A stretch of DNA of 64,000 nucleotides, from assembly GCF_043726505.1 (NCBI RefSeq), contig NZ_JAYSKH010000265.1; one strand, 5' to 3'. Source of the DNA: Undibacterium sp. (lineage in GTDB: Bacteria > Pseudomonadota > Gammaproteobacteria > Burkholderiales > Burkholderiaceae_D). This document shows, piece after piece, positions 30,028-40,929 of the stretch (position 1 is its first letter; every line of letters begins with the position of its first letter). The position numbers and the translations under genes are program-made. The notes below the pieces were generated by a model, which saw only the letters and a program-made list of their open reading frames with translations, ran no database searches and was not told the origin of the DNA.

Positions 30028-30774
30028 ATGTATAAAATCGTTTTAATGCGCCATGGCGAATCAACCTGGAACCTGGACAACCGCTTTACCGGCTGGACCG
30101 ACGTTGACCTGACCGAAAAAGGCGCAGCAGAAGCCCGCCAGGCCGGCAAACTGCTGAAGGAAGCCGGCCTCAGCTTCGACCTCGCCTATACCTCCGTATT
30201 AAAACGCGCGATCCGCACGCTGTGGATCACCATGGATGAAATGGACATGATGTGGCTGCCCGTCATCAATGACTGGCGCCTGAACGAGCGCCACTACGGC
30301 GCGCTGCAGGGACTGAACAAGGCTGAAACCGCTGCCCAGTATGGCGACGACCAGGTGCTGGTATGGCGCCGCAGCTATGACACGCCACCCAATCCGCTAG
30401 CCGAAAACGACCCGCGCACGTCATTTGCCGACCCGCGCTATTCCGGCCTGCAACGCTCACAGATCCCGCTGACAGAATGCCTGAAAGACACCGTGGAACG
30501 TGTGATGCCGGCCTGGGAAGACAGCATTGCGCCTGCCATCCGCGCCGGCAAGCGCATCATCATCTCCGCGCACGGCAACAGCCTGCGCGCACTGATCAAG
30601 ATGTTGGACGGCATCAGCGATGCGGACATCGTCAGCCTGAACATCCCCAATGGCCAGCCGCTGGTGTATGAGCTGGATGCCGACCTGAAACCGATCAGGC
30701 ACTACTACCTGGGCGACCAGTCAGCGATTGAAGCTGCGCTGAAAGCCGTCGCCAGCCAGGGAAAGGCCAAGTAA
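30028..30774 (+). CDS. gpmA: 2,3-bisphosphoglycerate-dependent phosphoglycerate mutase
   Basis: [27 protein letters not shown]. Confidence 0.97.
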   Translation: MYKIVLMRHGESTWNLDNRFTGWTDVDLTEKGAAEARQAGKLLKEAGLSFDLAYTSVLKRAIRTLWITMDEMDMMWLPVINDWRLNERHYGALQGLNKAETAAQYGDDQVLVWRRSYDTPPNPLAENDPRTSFADPRYSGLQRSQIPLTECLKDTVERVMPAWEDSIAPAIRAGKRIIISAHGNSLRALIKMLDGISDADIVSLNIPNGQPLVYELDADLKPIRHYYLGDQSAIEAALKAVASQGKAK

Positions 30775-30800
30775 TCGTTGCTGACGCGCCCACTTTCGCA

Positions 30801-32207
30801 ATGCTTTTGATGAAGCAGCGGCAAGGTCGCCCGTTGCGCCTGTTACGCCTATTGCGTCCGTCGCATCTGCTGTTGCCGGTCTGCGCCCTGCTGCTATGGG
30901 CCAGTCTCCCCGGTGACGTGCAGGCTGCCAGCACCCGCGCAGCGCAAAAGACCGCAGCCGAGGCGGAACGCGCCGAACTGCGGCAAAAGCTGAATGCGCT
31001 GAAAAACGATATCAGCAAGACCGAGACCGCCAAGGACCAGGCCAGCGATGCGCTGGCCTCTTCCGAACAGGCAATCTCGGAGGCTAACCGCTCGCTGCGC
31101 GATCTGCAGGCCGAACAAGGTGATACCCAGGCCAAACTGAGCAAACTAACGGAAGAGCAGAGCCGGCTGCAGCTGCAGGTGGAAACCCAGAAGAAACAAC
31201 TGTCCGAATTCCTGCGCCGCCAGTACATGCGTGGCAGCAGCGACCGTATCAAACTGCTATTGTCAGGTGACAACCCCAACCGCATCAACCGTGACCTGCA
31301 ATACATGGGTTATGTGTCGCAAACCCAGGCCAAGATGATAGACAGCCTGCACGCGAGCCTGCAGGCCGTGACCAAGAACACAGAGGAAGCGCAGGACGCC
31401 AAGGAAGAGCTGGATGAAATAGCGCAGGAAGAACGCCAGCACAAGACCTCGCTGGAAACCGAGAAGAAACGCCGCGCCACACTGCTGGCGCAACTGGCAG
31501 ACAAGCTGCACAACCAGAAAAAACAGGCCGACGACCTGCAAAAGGATGAGCAGCGGCTGGGCACGCTGGTCACGCGGCTGAATAAATTAATAGAAGAGCA
31601 AATCAAGGCCGAGCAGGCCCGCGCCGCGCTGGCGGAAAAACAGCGCCAGGAAAAAATAGCGCAGCAAAAGGCCGCGCGGGAAAAAGCACTGGCCAACCAG
31701 GGCAAGAAACCCGGCAAGGCGCCCAACCCGGCAGATGCGATAGACGCTGACGAGCCGCCGGCAAAACCGATTGCCAGGAATGAGCTGACGCCGGTGCCGG
31801 GCACCAATAACGGCGAGTTCAGCCGGCTGAAGGGCCAGCTGAGGCTACCCGTCAAGGGTGAGCTGGTCGCGCGTTTCGGCAGCCGCCGCGCCGATGGCCC
31901 CAGCTGGAAAGGCCTGTTCATCCGTGCCGCCGAAGGAGCCGAGGTAAAGGCCATCGCTACCGGCAAGGTCGTGTTTGCGCAATGGCTGAAAGGCTTTGGC
32001 AACATGATCATCGTCGACCACGGCAGCGAATACATTAGTATTTATGGCAATAACCAGGCGGTGCTGAAACATGTCGGCGACATTGTAAAGACCGGCGATA
32101 CAATTGCCAGTGCAGGTAATAGCGGCGGCAATGAAGAATCGGGTTTATACTTTGAAATAAGGTATAGGGGCCAGGTCCAGGACCCAATGACTTGGGTAGG
32201 AAAATAG
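30801..32207 (+). CDS. envC: Murein hydrolase activator EnvC
   Basis: Signal/TM, long coiled coil, C-terminal LytM domain with degenerate zinc ligands (WKGLFI, IYGNNQ, LYFEIR). Confidence 0.88.
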   Translation: MLLMKQRQGRPLRLLRLLRPSHLLLPVCALLLWASLPGDVQAASTRAAQKTAAEAERAELRQKLNALKNDISKTETAKDQASDALASSEQAISEANRSLRDLQAEQGDTQAKLSKLTEEQSRLQLQVETQKKQLSEFLRRQYMRGSSDRIKLLLSGDNPNRINRDLQYMGYVSQTQAKMIDSLHASLQAVTKNTEEAQDAKEELDEIAQEERQHKTSLETEKKRRATLLAQLADKLHNQKKQADDLQKDEQRLGTLVTRLNKLIEEQIKAEQARAALAEKQRQEKIAQQKAAREKALANQGKKPGKAPNPADAIDADEPPAKPIARNELTPVPGTNNGEFSRLKGQLRLPVKGELVARFGSRRADGPSWKGLFIRAAEGAEVKAIATGKVVFAQWLKGFGNMIIVDHGSEYISIYGNNQAVLKHVGDIVKTGDTIASAGNSGGNEESGLYFEIRYRGQVQDPMTWVGK

Positions 32208-32306
32208 CAATCAAGGTAGCAATCGCCGATGAGCGCTGCACAAAAAGCGACTAAGAAGACCGCTCAATCAATTTCACATATCGGCAATATCGGAATCAGG
32301 TGACAC

Positions 32307-33800
32307 ATGGGTAAGCGACTGAAGAATATAGGCTTGATCAGCCTGGGCATGGTAGCCGGCGTGGCTGCATCGATGCAGTTTTCCGCGATGGCGCAAAAGA
32401 GCACGACCGCGCCGCTGCCGGTGGAAGAACTGCGCCAACTGGCCGACGTATTCGGCCTGATCAAATCCGATTATGTCGAGCCGGTGGAAGACAACAAGCT
32501 GCTGACCGAAGCGATTTCCGGCATGGTGGCATCGCTGGACCCACATTCTGCCTATCTAGACAAGAAATCTTTCAAGGAACTGCGGGAAGGCACGCAGGGC
32601 AAGTTTGTCGGCCTGGGTATAGAAGTCGGCATGGAAGACGGCTACGTCAAGATCATCTCCCCCATTGAAGATTCCCCCGCCTACCGCGCCAACCTGAAAC
32701 CGGGCGACCTGATTACACGCCTGGATTCCACGCCCGTCAAAGGCCTGTCGCTGGATGACGCCGTCAAGAAAATGCGCGGCGAACCGAACACCAAGATCAC
32801 GCTGACCATCGCGCGCAAGAATGAAGACAAGCCCATCGTCGTGACCATCGTGCGCGAAACCATCAAGGTGCAGAGCGTCAAGGCCAAGATGATAGAACCC
32901 GGTTATGCATGGCTGCGCATCTCGCAATTCCAGGAGCCGACGGTAGAAGACATGGCCAAGAAGATTGAGGGCCTGTATGCACAGGACCCGAACATCAAGG
33001 GTCTGGTGCTGGATCTGAGGAATGACCCGGGCGGCGTGCTGCCGGGCGCCATCGGCGTGTCTGCGGCTTTCTTGCCGAAGGATGTGCCGGTCGTGTCCAC
33101 CAATGGCCAGTTGCCGGACTCGAAGGCAATCTTCTACGCCAAGCGTGAATTCTATGCATCGCGCGCAGTCGGCGATCCGCTGTCCAAGCTGCCTGCCGCA
33201 GTAAAAAATGTGCCGATGGTTGTACTGGTCAATACCGGTTCCGCATCCGCATCTGAAATCGTTGCGGGTGCGCTGCAGGACTACAAACGCGCCACCATCA
33301 TCGGCACGCAGAGTTTCGGCAAAGGCTCGGTACAGACGATACGCCAGATCTCCGCCGATACCGCCGTCAAGCTGACCACGGCGCGCTACTACACGCCGAA
33401 TGGCCGCTCCATCCAGGCCAAGGGCATCGTGCCTGACCTGAACGTGGAAGAAACCGCGGATGGCGACGGCTTCAATGTACTGCGCACACGCGAATCGGAT
33501 CTGCAAAAGCATCTGGTCAACGATACCGACAAAAACGCCGAAGCCGGCAAAGGCAAGGTCATTGACGAGCTGGAAGAAGAAAACCGCCTGGTAGCACTGG
33601 CCAAGAAAGCCAAGCCGCTGGAATATGGCACCAAGGACGACTACCAGCTGGCACAGGCGCTGAATCACCTGAAGGGCTTGCCGGTCAAAACCACGGTCGC
33701 CAAGATCGAAGACAAGGAAGAAGGCAAGGAAAGCAAGTCCGATTCCAAGCCGGATACTGTGAAACCTGAGACGGTCAAGCCAGAAGTAAAAAAGAAATAA
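32307..33800 (+). CDS. ctpA: Carboxy-terminal processing protease (S41A)
   Basis: LDPHS, GLGIEV PDZ, LDLRNDPGG, SASASEIVAGALQD, SFGKGSVQ. Confidence 0.94.
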   Translation: MGKRLKNIGLISLGMVAGVAASMQFSAMAQKSTTAPLPVEELRQLADVFGLIKSDYVEPVEDNKLLTEAISGMVASLDPHSAYLDKKSFKELREGTQGKFVGLGIEVGMEDGYVKIISPIEDSPAYRANLKPGDLITRLDSTPVKGLSLDDAVKKMRGEPNTKITLTIARKNEDKPIVVTIVRETIKVQSVKAKMIEPGYAWLRISQFQEPTVEDMAKKIEGLYAQDPNIKGLVLDLRNDPGGVLPGAIGVSAAFLPKDVPVVSTNGQLPDSKAIFYAKREFYASRAVGDPLSKLPAAVKNVPMVVLVNTGSASASEIVAGALQDYKRATIIGTQSFGKGSVQTIRQISADTAVKLTTARYYTPNGRSIQAKGIVPDLNVEETADGDGFNVLRTRESDLQKHLVNDTDKNAEAGKGKVIDELEEENRLVALAKKAKPLEYGTKDDYQLAQALNHLKGLPVKTTVAKIEDKEEGKESKSDSKPDTVKPETVKPEVKKK

Positions 33801-33821
33801 GCCCGCTGCTGTGAGCAGGCG

Positions 33822-33849
33822 AAACGTCCGGCCAAGGCTGGACGTTTTT
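33822..33849 (+). terminator. Intrinsic terminator after ctpA
   Basis: AAACGTCCGGCC-AA-GGCTGGACGTTT-TT. Confidence 0.82.
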
Positions 33850-34016
33850 ATTTCCGCTTGCTGAATTTCGACGTCCGGCGACAGCCTGACAAAGGCGCGC
33901 AGCTGTATCCGTTGCCATGCAGGCCAACTGTATCCGCACTGCCCGGCTCTAAGGTCTTATCATCAGCAATTCTGCCCTATGACCATCTGTATTATTGCTC
34001 TGAAGGAGACCAAGCC

Positions 34017-34682
34017 ATGACCGGAAATACCCTGCTTACCGCGGATCTGCTGTTCGCTTACTCGGCCTACTTCGTTGGCACCGCCAGCCCCGGGCCGAGT
34101 AATCTCGCCATCATGTCGGTGGCGACCAGCGCCGGGCGCAAGGCTGCTTTTGTATTTGCCGCCGGCGTCATGTCAGGGTCGTTTTTCTGGGCCATGCTGG
34201 CAACGCTGGGCTTATCCACGGCACTGCTGATGGTGGAAAATTTCATCGTCACGGTCAAGCTGCTGGGCGGCCTGTACCTGCTGTGGCTGGCTTTTAAATC
34301 CGGCCGCTCTGCGCTGAAGGCGAACAAGGCTGCGGCCCCTGCTGATTCGCTGCCGCAATCTTACCGGCAGCTGTACGTACGCGGCGCGCTGCTGCACCTG
34401 ACTAACCCCAAGGCCATCCTCGTATGGATGTCCGTGGTAGCGCTGGCCTCTCCGATCTCTCCAATAAGCGGTAACGATGGCCAGCATGCAGTGCCACACC
34501 ACATGCTGGCCGTCGTTGCTGGCTGCCTGGGCATAGGCACGGTCGTGTTCGGCAGCTATGCCGCGCTGTTTTCAACGGCAGTGGCGCGCCGGCTGTATCT
34601 GCAGCTGAGGCGCTGGCTGGACGGCTTCCTCGCCATCGTATTTGCGCTAGCCGGCTACCGGCTGCTAAGCTCACGTACTTAG
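34017..34682 (+). CDS. LysE/RhtB family amino acid exporter
   Basis: SPGPSN, GGLYLLWLAF, LTNPKAIL. Confidence 0.92.
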   Translation: MTGNTLLTADLLFAYSAYFVGTASPGPSNLAIMSVATSAGRKAAFVFAAGVMSGSFFWAMLATLGLSTALLMVENFIVTVKLLGGLYLLWLAFKSGRSALKANKAAAPADSLPQSYRQLYVRGALLHLTNPKAILVWMSVVALASPISPISGNDGQHAVPHHMLAVVAGCLGIGTVVFGSYAALFSTAVARRLYLQLRRWLDGFLAIVFALAGYRLLSSRT

Positions 34683-34735
34683 GACGTGAACAGGCTAAGA
34701 TAGAGCCTGTTTTTTCAGTAATTCAAGACAACGGT

Positions 34736-35506
34736 TTGACGATGGACGACCAAAAACTACTGCGCTATTCACGCCATATCCTGCTGGAGCAGATAGGCAT
34801 AGAAGGCCAGCAAAAAATTTCCAGCTCCCATGCGCTGATCATCGGCGCGGGCGGCCTTGGCTCGCCTGCGGCAATGTACCTGGCCGGCGCCGGCGTAGGC
34901 ACGCTGACACTGGTAGACGACGACGTGGTTGACCTGACCAACCTGCAGAGACAGATACTGCACACGACCGAGCGCGTAGGACAGGCCAAGGTTGATTCCG
35001 GCAAGCAGGCGCTGAACCAGCTCAACCCGGACGTACACGTGCACGCTCTGAAGGAACGCGCGCAAGCAGCGCGGCTGGATGAGCTGGTGCAGACCGCCGA
35101 CGTCGTACTCGATTGCAGCGACAACTTTGCCACGCGGCACGCCGTCAACCTCGCCTGCGTCAGGCTGAAAAAACCGCTGGTGTCGGGAGCCGCCATTTCT
35201 TTCGACGGCCAGATCAGTGTCTTCGACAGCCGCGATCCGGCATCGCCGTGCTACGCGTGTCTGTTCCCGCCCGATCAGCAGTTTGAAGAAGTGCTGTGTT
35301 CGACGATGGGCGTGTTTGCGCCGCTGGTCGGCATCATAGGCACGATGCAGGCAGCCGAAGCGTTAAAGCTGTTGATGGGGCTGGGCAGGACGCTGGCGGG
35401 ACGGCTGCTGCTGCTGGACGCCCAGAACATGGAATGGACGCAAATCGGCGTCGCGCGCAATGCGGCTTGCCCGGTATGCGGTCACGAGCATACAGAAATC
35501 AGGTAA
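34736..35506 (+). CDS. HesA/MoeB/ThiF family adenylyltransferase
   Basis: RYSRHILL, GAGGLG, NLQRQ, DCSDNF, CYAC and CPVC zinc motifs. The ATG at 34741 lies in another frame; the in-frame ATG is at 34742. Confidence 0.93.
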   Translation: MTMDDQKLLRYSRHILLEQIGIEGQQKISSSHALIIGAGGLGSPAAMYLAGAGVGTLTLVDDDVVDLTNLQRQILHTTERVGQAKVDSGKQALNQLNPDVHVHALKERAQAARLDELVQTADVVLDCSDNFATRHAVNLACVRLKKPLVSGAAISFDGQISVFDSRDPASPCYACLFPPDQQFEEVLCSTMGVFAPLVGIIGTMQAAEALKLLMGLGRTLAGRLLLLDAQNMEWTQIGVARNAACPVCGHEHTEIR

Positions 35507-35619
35507 CCAGGAAACAACACGCTATTCACCAAAGCCTGGCCAGCCTGTACAATCGTAGTGACAAAAAGAAATAGAATTTGGGCAATAAAACCGATATCTA
35601 CACTCTCGTTCACTGATGA

Positions 35620-35835
35620 ATGGACCAAGACCGCATGATTCCCAGCGATATAGAAAACGACCTGTTCGCATTCCTGATCTGCGCGATTGTCGTCAGCGGC
35701 GGTGTACTGGGCATACTGCTGTTTCGCGTCAAGGAAAAGCGGCGCGCCAGCAGGGAAAGACGCCGCTACCGGCTGGCAGTGAGGGAAGACCGCCGGCGCG
35801 CGGAAGAAGACCGCCGCAAGGCACCCGGCGGCTAA
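35620..35835 (+). CDS. Small single-pass membrane protein with Arg-rich tail (hypothetical)
   Basis: LFAFLICAIVVSGGVLGILLF TM followed by KEKRRASRERRRYR...; occupies an otherwise empty gap. Confidence 0.6.
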   Translation: MDQDRMIPSDIENDLFAFLICAIVVSGGVLGILLFRVKEKRRASRERRRYRLAVREDRRRAEEDRRKAPGG

Positions 35836-35874
35836 CCGAGCCCGTCTCTTAATGTTAATCTTACTCTTACATCG

Positions 35875-36621
35875 CTACGCCGTTTTCTTGGCCAGCCCCA
35901 GGTAAGTATCAATCACGCGCTGGTCATGCGCCAGTTCATCCGCAGGCCCCTGCAAGGCCAGTTCTCCGGTTTCCAGCACATAGGCATAATCCGCCACCTG
36001 CAATGCCGCCCGTGCATTCTGCTCCACCAGCAAGATCGCCACGCCGGTCTGTTTCAGGCGCTGGATGATGTGGAAGATTTCCTTAACGATCAACGGCGCT
36101 AGCCCCAGGCTGGGCTCATCCAGCATCAGTAGCTGCGGCTTGGCCATCAGCGCGCGGCCCAGCGCCAGCATCTGCCGCTCGCCGCCGGACAAAGTGCCGG
36201 CTTCCTGGCCGCGGCGCTCTTTCAGACGCGGAAACAGTTCATACACGACCTGCAACTGGTCGGCATAATTTTTCTCGCCGGCCTGGTAGCGGCGGTAGCT
36301 GCCCAGCATCAGGTTGTCTTCCACACGCATGCTGGAAAACAGCTCACGCTTTTCCGGCACCAGGCACATGCCACAGGCGACGCGCTTTTCTATCGCCATG
36401 CCACTCAGTTCCTGCCCATCCAATAAGACCTTTCCCTGGATGGCGCCGCTGGCCGGCAGCGCTCCGGCAATGGCATTAAGCATCGTCGATTTGCCGGCGC
36501 CGTTAGGACCGATCACGGTAACGATCTGGCCAACGCCGACCTGGATGCTGGCCTTGTGCAAGGCTTCTACCTTGCCGTAGAAGACTTGTAGGTCGCTGAC
36601 TTGAAGTAAAGGTGTCGTCAT
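35875..36621 (-). CDS. ABC transporter ATP-binding protein (LivF-like)
   Basis: [23 protein letters not shown]. Confidence 0.94.
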   Translation of the reverse strand: MTTPLLQVSDLQVFYGKVEALHKASIQVGVGQIVTVIGPNGAGKSTMLNAIAGALPASGAIQGKVLLDGQELSGMAIEKRVACGMCLVPEKRELFSSMRVEDNLMLGSYRRYQAGEKNYADQLQVVYELFPRLKERRGQEAGTLSGGERQMLALGRALMAKPQLLMLDEPSLGLAPLIVKEIFHIIQRLKQTGVAILLVEQNARAALQVADYAYVLETGELALQGPADELAHDQRVIDTYLGLAKKTA

Positions 36622-36646
36622 TGTATTTTTTCCGAATTGCCGAGGC

Positions 36647-38452
36647 TTAATCGATGCCGCCGAGGTAGGCTTCCAGCACTGCCGGGTTCTGCTGCACTTG
36701 CTGCGGCAGGCCTTCTGCGATCTTGGTGCCGAATTCCATGACCACCAGATGGTCGGTCAGATTCATCACGAAGTCCATGTCATGCTCAACCAGCAGCACG
36801 CTCATGCCTTCTGCCTTCAGCTTGTTCAGCAGGCTTGCCAGTTCCTGTTTCTCTTTGTAGCGCAAACCCGCGGCAGGTTCATCCAGCAGCAGCAGGCTGG
36901 GGTCGCAGCACAGCGCGCGTGCAATTTCCAGGATGCGTTGCTGGCCCAGCGCCAGGCTGCCGGCTTCTTCATGCAGCATATTGCCCAGGCCAACACGCTC
37001 TAGCTGGCGCTTTGCTTCCAGCAGCAAGGAATCTTCTATCTTCTGGTTGCGGCACAGCACGCTGGAAATGACCTCGCTGATGTCGCCATGCTTGGCGCGC
37101 AGATGGGCGCCTATGGCCACGTTTTCCAGCACACTCATTGTCGGCAGCAGCCGCACATGCTGAAAAGTCCGCCCTATGCCCAGCTTGACGATCTCACGCG
37201 AAGGCAGGCCGCTGATGGGCTGCAGGCTGCCATCGCGCAGGAAGCGTATCGCCCCGGAAGTCAGCGGCAGCACGCCGGTGACAAGATTGAACATCGTTGA
37301 CTTGCCAGCGCCGTTGGGGCCGATTAGCCCTACGATCTGGCCTGCACCGACCTGGAACTGCATGTCGTTGACGGCCACCAGTCCGCCAAACTGCTTGCGT
37401 GCCTGCGCTACTTCCAGGATTACCTTGCCGCTGGCCGGTTTTTCGCGGTGCGGCAGCGGCTGCGCATTATCCGGCACTACGATTTTGCGCGGTGCGGGCA
37501 ACCAGCCTGCAAACAGTTTTGTCAGGTAAGGCCACACGCCATCCCTGGCCCTTTGCAGCAGCAGTATCAGCAGGATACCGAATACGATGATTTCAAAATT
37601 GCCGTTAGCGCCGAGCAGCGCCGGCAAGATGGATTGCAATTTATCTTTCAGCAGTGTCAGCAGCGCCGACCCCAGCAGCGCGCCCCATACATGGCCGGCA
37701 CCGCCCACCACCGCCATGAACAGGTATTCGATACCGGCATTCAGGCCAAAAGGCGTAGGGTTCACCGCGCGCTGCAAATGCGCGTAAAGCCAGCCGGATA
37801 CGCTGGCCAGCATCGCCGCGATAATGAAGATGATCACTTTCATGCGCGCCGTATTAACGCCCATCGCTTCAGCCATCACACCGCCGCCGCGCAGCGCGCG
37901 GATTGCGCGGCCAGGACGGGATTGCAGCAGGTTTTGCACGGCAATCACGGCCAGCAGCAGGATCAGCCAGATCAGCCCATACATGCGGCGGCCGCTGTCC
38001 AGCTTGAAGCCAAAGACATCCACCGGCGGAATGCCGTTCAGACCATCATACTTGCCTAAAAATTCCAGGTTGCCGAACAGGAAAAACAGCGACAGCCCCC
38101 AGGCAATCGTGCCCAACGGCAGATAGTGTCCGGACAGCCGCATCGTGATGACGCCAATCGCATAAGCAGCCAGCATAGTCAGCGCCAGGCCGGCCAGCAG
38201 GCCCAGCCATGGCGACACCCCGAAGCTGGTGGACAGGTAGGCGGTGGAATACGCGCCAAGGCCGACAAAGGCCGCCTGGCCGAAAGAAGTCAGGCCGCCG
38301 ACGCCGGTCAGCAGCACCAGGCCCAGCGCGACAATCGCATACAGGCCTATGTAGTTGGCCAGCGTGATCCAGAATTCAGGCGTAGGCAGCAGCGGCAGCA
38401 AGATGACGGCTGCCAAAAAAATCAGGTAAATACGGTTGATGCCTTGCTTCAT
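36647..38452 (-). CDS. Fused ABC permease + ATPase (LivM-LivG)
   Basis: N-terminal BPD_transp_2 TM domain; C-terminal [23 protein letters not shown]. Confidence 0.93.
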   Translation of the reverse strand: MKQGINRIYLIFLAAVILLPLLPTPEFWITLANYIGLYAIVALGLVLLTGVGGLTSFGQAAFVGLGAYSTAYLSTSFGVSPWLGLLAGLALTMLAAYAIGVITMRLSGHYLPLGTIAWGLSLFFLFGNLEFLGKYDGLNGIPPVDVFGFKLDSGRRMYGLIWLILLLAVIAVQNLLQSRPGRAIRALRGGGVMAEAMGVNTARMKVIIFIIAAMLASVSGWLYAHLQRAVNPTPFGLNAGIEYLFMAVVGGAGHVWGALLGSALLTLLKDKLQSILPALLGANGNFEIIVFGILLILLLQRARDGVWPYLTKLFAGWLPAPRKIVVPDNAQPLPHREKPASGKVILEVAQARKQFGGLVAVNDMQFQVGAGQIVGLIGPNGAGKSTMFNLVTGVLPLTSGAIRFLRDGSLQPISGLPSREIVKLGIGRTFQHVRLLPTMSVLENVAIGAHLRAKHGDISEVISSVLCRNQKIEDSLLLEAKRQLERVGLGNMLHEEAGSLALGQQRILEIARALCCDPSLLLLDEPAAGLRYKEKQELASLLNKLKAEGMSVLLVEHDMDFVMNLTDHLVVMEFGTKIAEGLPQQVQQNPAVLEAYLGGID

Positions 38453-39507
38453 TACTCTTCATCCTCATCGCTATGCTTGCTGCTGAGCGAACGCCACAGC
38501 AAGACCGGAATAATCAGCGTAAATACGATCACCTCCTTGTAGGCGCTGGCCCAGAACGACGAGTACGATTCCAGCAAACCGACCAGGATCGCGCCGGCAG
38601 CCGCTACAGGATAACTGACCAGGCCGCCGACGATGGCGCCGACAAAACCCTTCAGGCCGATCAGGAAACCGCCGTCGTAATACACGGTCGTCAGCGGTGC
38701 AATCAGCACACCGCAGAACGCGCCCATCGCTGCCGCCAGCGTAAAGGCCAGGCGGCCCGCCTGCGTGGTGCCGATACCGACCAGCTGCGCGCCCAAGCGG
38801 TTCACCGCCGTCGCCCGCAAGGCCTTGCCGGACAGCGTGCGTTCAAAATAGAAATACAGGCCGGCGATCAGCGCGGCCGACACGCCGATGATCACCAGGC
38901 TCTGGCCGGAAATGGACATCGCACCCAGTTCAAAACGCGCGTCGGAAAACGGCGTCGTGCGTGAACCTTCGGCGCCGAACATCACCAGCCCTATGCCGGT
39001 CAGCGCATAATGAACGCCGACCGAGACAATCAGCAGCACCAGCGTGCTGGCTTCGGCCAGCGGCTGATAGGCGAGCCGGTAAATCATCGGCCCCATCGGG
39101 ATCACGGTCACCAGCGCCAACACCACCTGCGCATACAGCGGCCAGTTCTGCACCGGCAGGTTGTGCGTGGCAAACCACAGGCCCGCAGGCAGCACCAGGA
39201 ACTTCAGCGCGGAGATACCGGCTTCAGCGCCAAAGCGCGCACTGCGCTGCTTGGCACGCAGCATGGAAACTATTTCCTGCACAAAGCTGAGCGCGCCCAG
39301 CGCGACCAGCAGCGTGATCGAATGCGGGAATTTGCCGGACTGTATCGCCGCCAGCGTCAGCGCGCCGAAAGCGACAAACTCACCCTGCGGTATAAAAATA
39401 ACGCGGGTAACTGAAAACACCAGCACCAGCGCCAGCGCCAGCAGCGCATAGATCGCTCCACTGGTAATGCCGTCCTGGGCCAGGATGGCGGCAATTGATA
39501 AATCCAT
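38452..39507 (-). CDS. ABC transporter permease (LivH-like)
   Basis: [39 protein letters not shown]. Confidence 0.93.
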   Translation of the reverse strand: MDLSIAAILAQDGITSGAIYALLALALVLVFSVTRVIFIPQGEFVAFGALTLAAIQSGKFPHSITLLVALGALSFVQEIVSMLRAKQRSARFGAEAGISALKFLVLPAGLWFATHNLPVQNWPLYAQVVLALVTVIPMGPMIYRLAYQPLAEASTLVLLIVSVGVHYALTGIGLVMFGAEGSRTTPFSDARFELGAMSISGQSLVIIGVSAALIAGLYFYFERTLSGKALRATAVNRLGAQLVGIGTTQAGRLAFTLAAAMGAFCGVLIAPLTTVYYDGGFLIGLKGFVGAIVGGLVSYPVAAAGAILVGLLESYSSFWASAYKEVIVFTLIIPVLLWRSLSSKHSDEDEE

Positions 39508-39554
39508 ACTTTAGCGTCCTGTCCTGCAATATCGTTGCATGGTGTTGAATATGA

Positions 39555-39608
39555 CTGATGTAACTGATGTGGTTGATGTAACTGATGAAGCTGATGAAGC
39601 TGATGAAG
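39555..39608. repeat. Six degenerate 9-bp tandem units
   Basis: CTGATGTAA CTGATGTGG TTGATGTAA CTGATGAAG CTGATGAAG CTGATGAAG. Confidence 0.9.
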
Positions 39609-39654
39609 CTGAGCGAGCGGGATAAAACCAGATTGAACAAGCGAGCAACCGCTT

Positions 39655-39681
39655 AAAAAAGGGGAGCCATCGCTCCCCCTT
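39655..39681 (-). terminator. Intra-operon terminator after the substrate-binding protein gene
   Basis: AAAAAAGGGGAGC-CATC-GCTCCCCCTT. Confidence 0.8.
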
Positions 39682-39709
39682 CTTGATCTTGTCAGCAACA
39701 AAGATGCGA

Positions 39710-40873
39710 TCAGTTCGCCTTGCCCAGCAGTTTCCATTTGCCGTTGACGATTTCCACCATCACGCGAGAACGCTGGTCCAGACCCAGATGGTCGGTAGCG
39801 CTCATGTTGACGATACCGTGCGAAGTCGGCAGGTTAGTGATGTTTTCCAGCGCGGTACGCAGCGCGGCACGGAATTCCTTGGTGCCGGGCTCGCCTTTTT
39901 TCAGCGCAACGGGAATCGCTGCTTCCAGCAACAGGCCGGAATCCCACGCGTGGCCGCCGAAAGTGGAAATGGAGCCGGCGCCGTAGGCTTTTTCATACGC
40001 AGCCAGATAACGCATCGACGATTTCTTGACCGGGTTGTCGGCAGGCAGCTGTTCTGCGACCAGCAATGGGCCGGCTGGCAGGAAAGTGCCTTCGCAGTCT
40101 TTGCCGCATACGCGCAGGAAGTCATTATTGGCAATGCCATGGGTCTGATAGATCTTGCCCTTGTAGCCGCGCTCTTTCAGCGTTTTTTGCGGCAGCGCAG
40201 CAGGCGTGCCGGAACCGGCGATCAGCACCGCATCCGGATTGGACGACATGATCTTCAGGATCTGGCCGGTAACCGATGTATCGGTGCGGGCAAAACGCTC
40301 ATTGGCCACAATCTTCAGCTTGCGCACATCGGCCAGCTTGGAAAATTCCTTGTACCAGCCTTCGCCGTATGCATCGTTAAAGCCAATGAAGGCAATCGTC
40401 TTGATGCCGGCATCGCTCATGTGACCGGTAATGGCAGTCGCCATGTGGGAATCGTTCTGCGGTGTCTTGAATACCCAGAAACGCTTGGAATCGACAGGCA
40501 ATACAATTGTAGAAGATGCCGCCATCGAAATCATCGGCACTTCATTCTCGGCAGCAACATCAATCATCGCCAGCGAATTCGGTGTGACGGTAGAGCCGAT
40601 CAGCGCATCGATCTTGTCTTCGGCGATCATCTTGCGCGCGTTCTTTACCGCTGTCGTGGTATCAGACGCATCATCGAGAACGATGTATTCGACTTTCTTG
40701 CCGGCGATTTCCTTGGGCAGCAGCGCAAAGGTGTTTTTCTCTGGAATGCCCAGCGAGGCAGCGGGGCCGGTGGCGGATACGTTAACGCCTATCTTGATCT
40801 GGGCCGACGCATTTGACGCCATCACCAGGGATAGCAGCGCAGGTAGCAAAGCGAACACAAACTTCTTCTTCAT
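39710..40873 (-). CDS. ABC substrate-binding protein, aromatic-acid-binding type (RPA1789/CouP-like)
   Basis: TGPAASLGIPE, LDDASD, ERFARTDTSVTGQ, GTPAALPQKTLKERGY..IYQTHG, GLDQRSR; motif pattern recalled from R. palustris CouP-like proteins. Confidence 0.8.
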   Translation of the reverse strand: MKKKFVFALLPALLSLVMASNASAQIKIGVNVSATGPAASLGIPEKNTFALLPKEIAGKKVEYIVLDDASDTTTAVKNARKMIAEDKIDALIGSTVTPNSLAMIDVAAENEVPMISMAASSTIVLPVDSKRFWVFKTPQNDSHMATAITGHMSDAGIKTIAFIGFNDAYGEGWYKEFSKLADVRKLKIVANERFARTDTSVTGQILKIMSSNPDAVLIAGSGTPAALPQKTLKERGYKGKIYQTHGIANNDFLRVCGKDCEGTFLPAGPLLVAEQLPADNPVKKSSMRYLAAYEKAYGAGSISTFGGHAWDSGLLLEAAIPVALKKGEPGTKEFRAALRTALENITNLPTSHGIVNMSATDHLGLDQRSRVMVEIVNGKWKLLGKAN

Positions 40874-40913
40874 CGATGTCTCCTCGTTTTTGAATATTGT
40901 TATTGTGCATTTT

Positions 40914-40929
40914 CCGACCGCTTGGTCGG
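40914..40929. promoter_or_regulatory. Perfect 6-4-6 inverted repeat, candidate TetR-type operator
   Basis: CCGACC-GCTT-GGTCGG, 41 bp upstream of the SBP start. Confidence 0.55.

Noticed and set aside
32556-33668. 370-aa minus-strand ORF
   Set aside because: Antisense shadow of ctpA.
39555-39608. CRISPR-like array
   Set aside because: Units are contiguous 9-mers with no spacers, and there are no cas genes.
39357-39737. ORF containing (LHQ)n repeats, and the overlapping (SFI)n ORF
   Set aside because: They only translate the 9-bp DNA repeat, cross a terminator and overlap livH; no RBS seen.
39683-40816. 377-aa plus-strand ORF
   Set aside because: Antisense shadow of the SBP gene.
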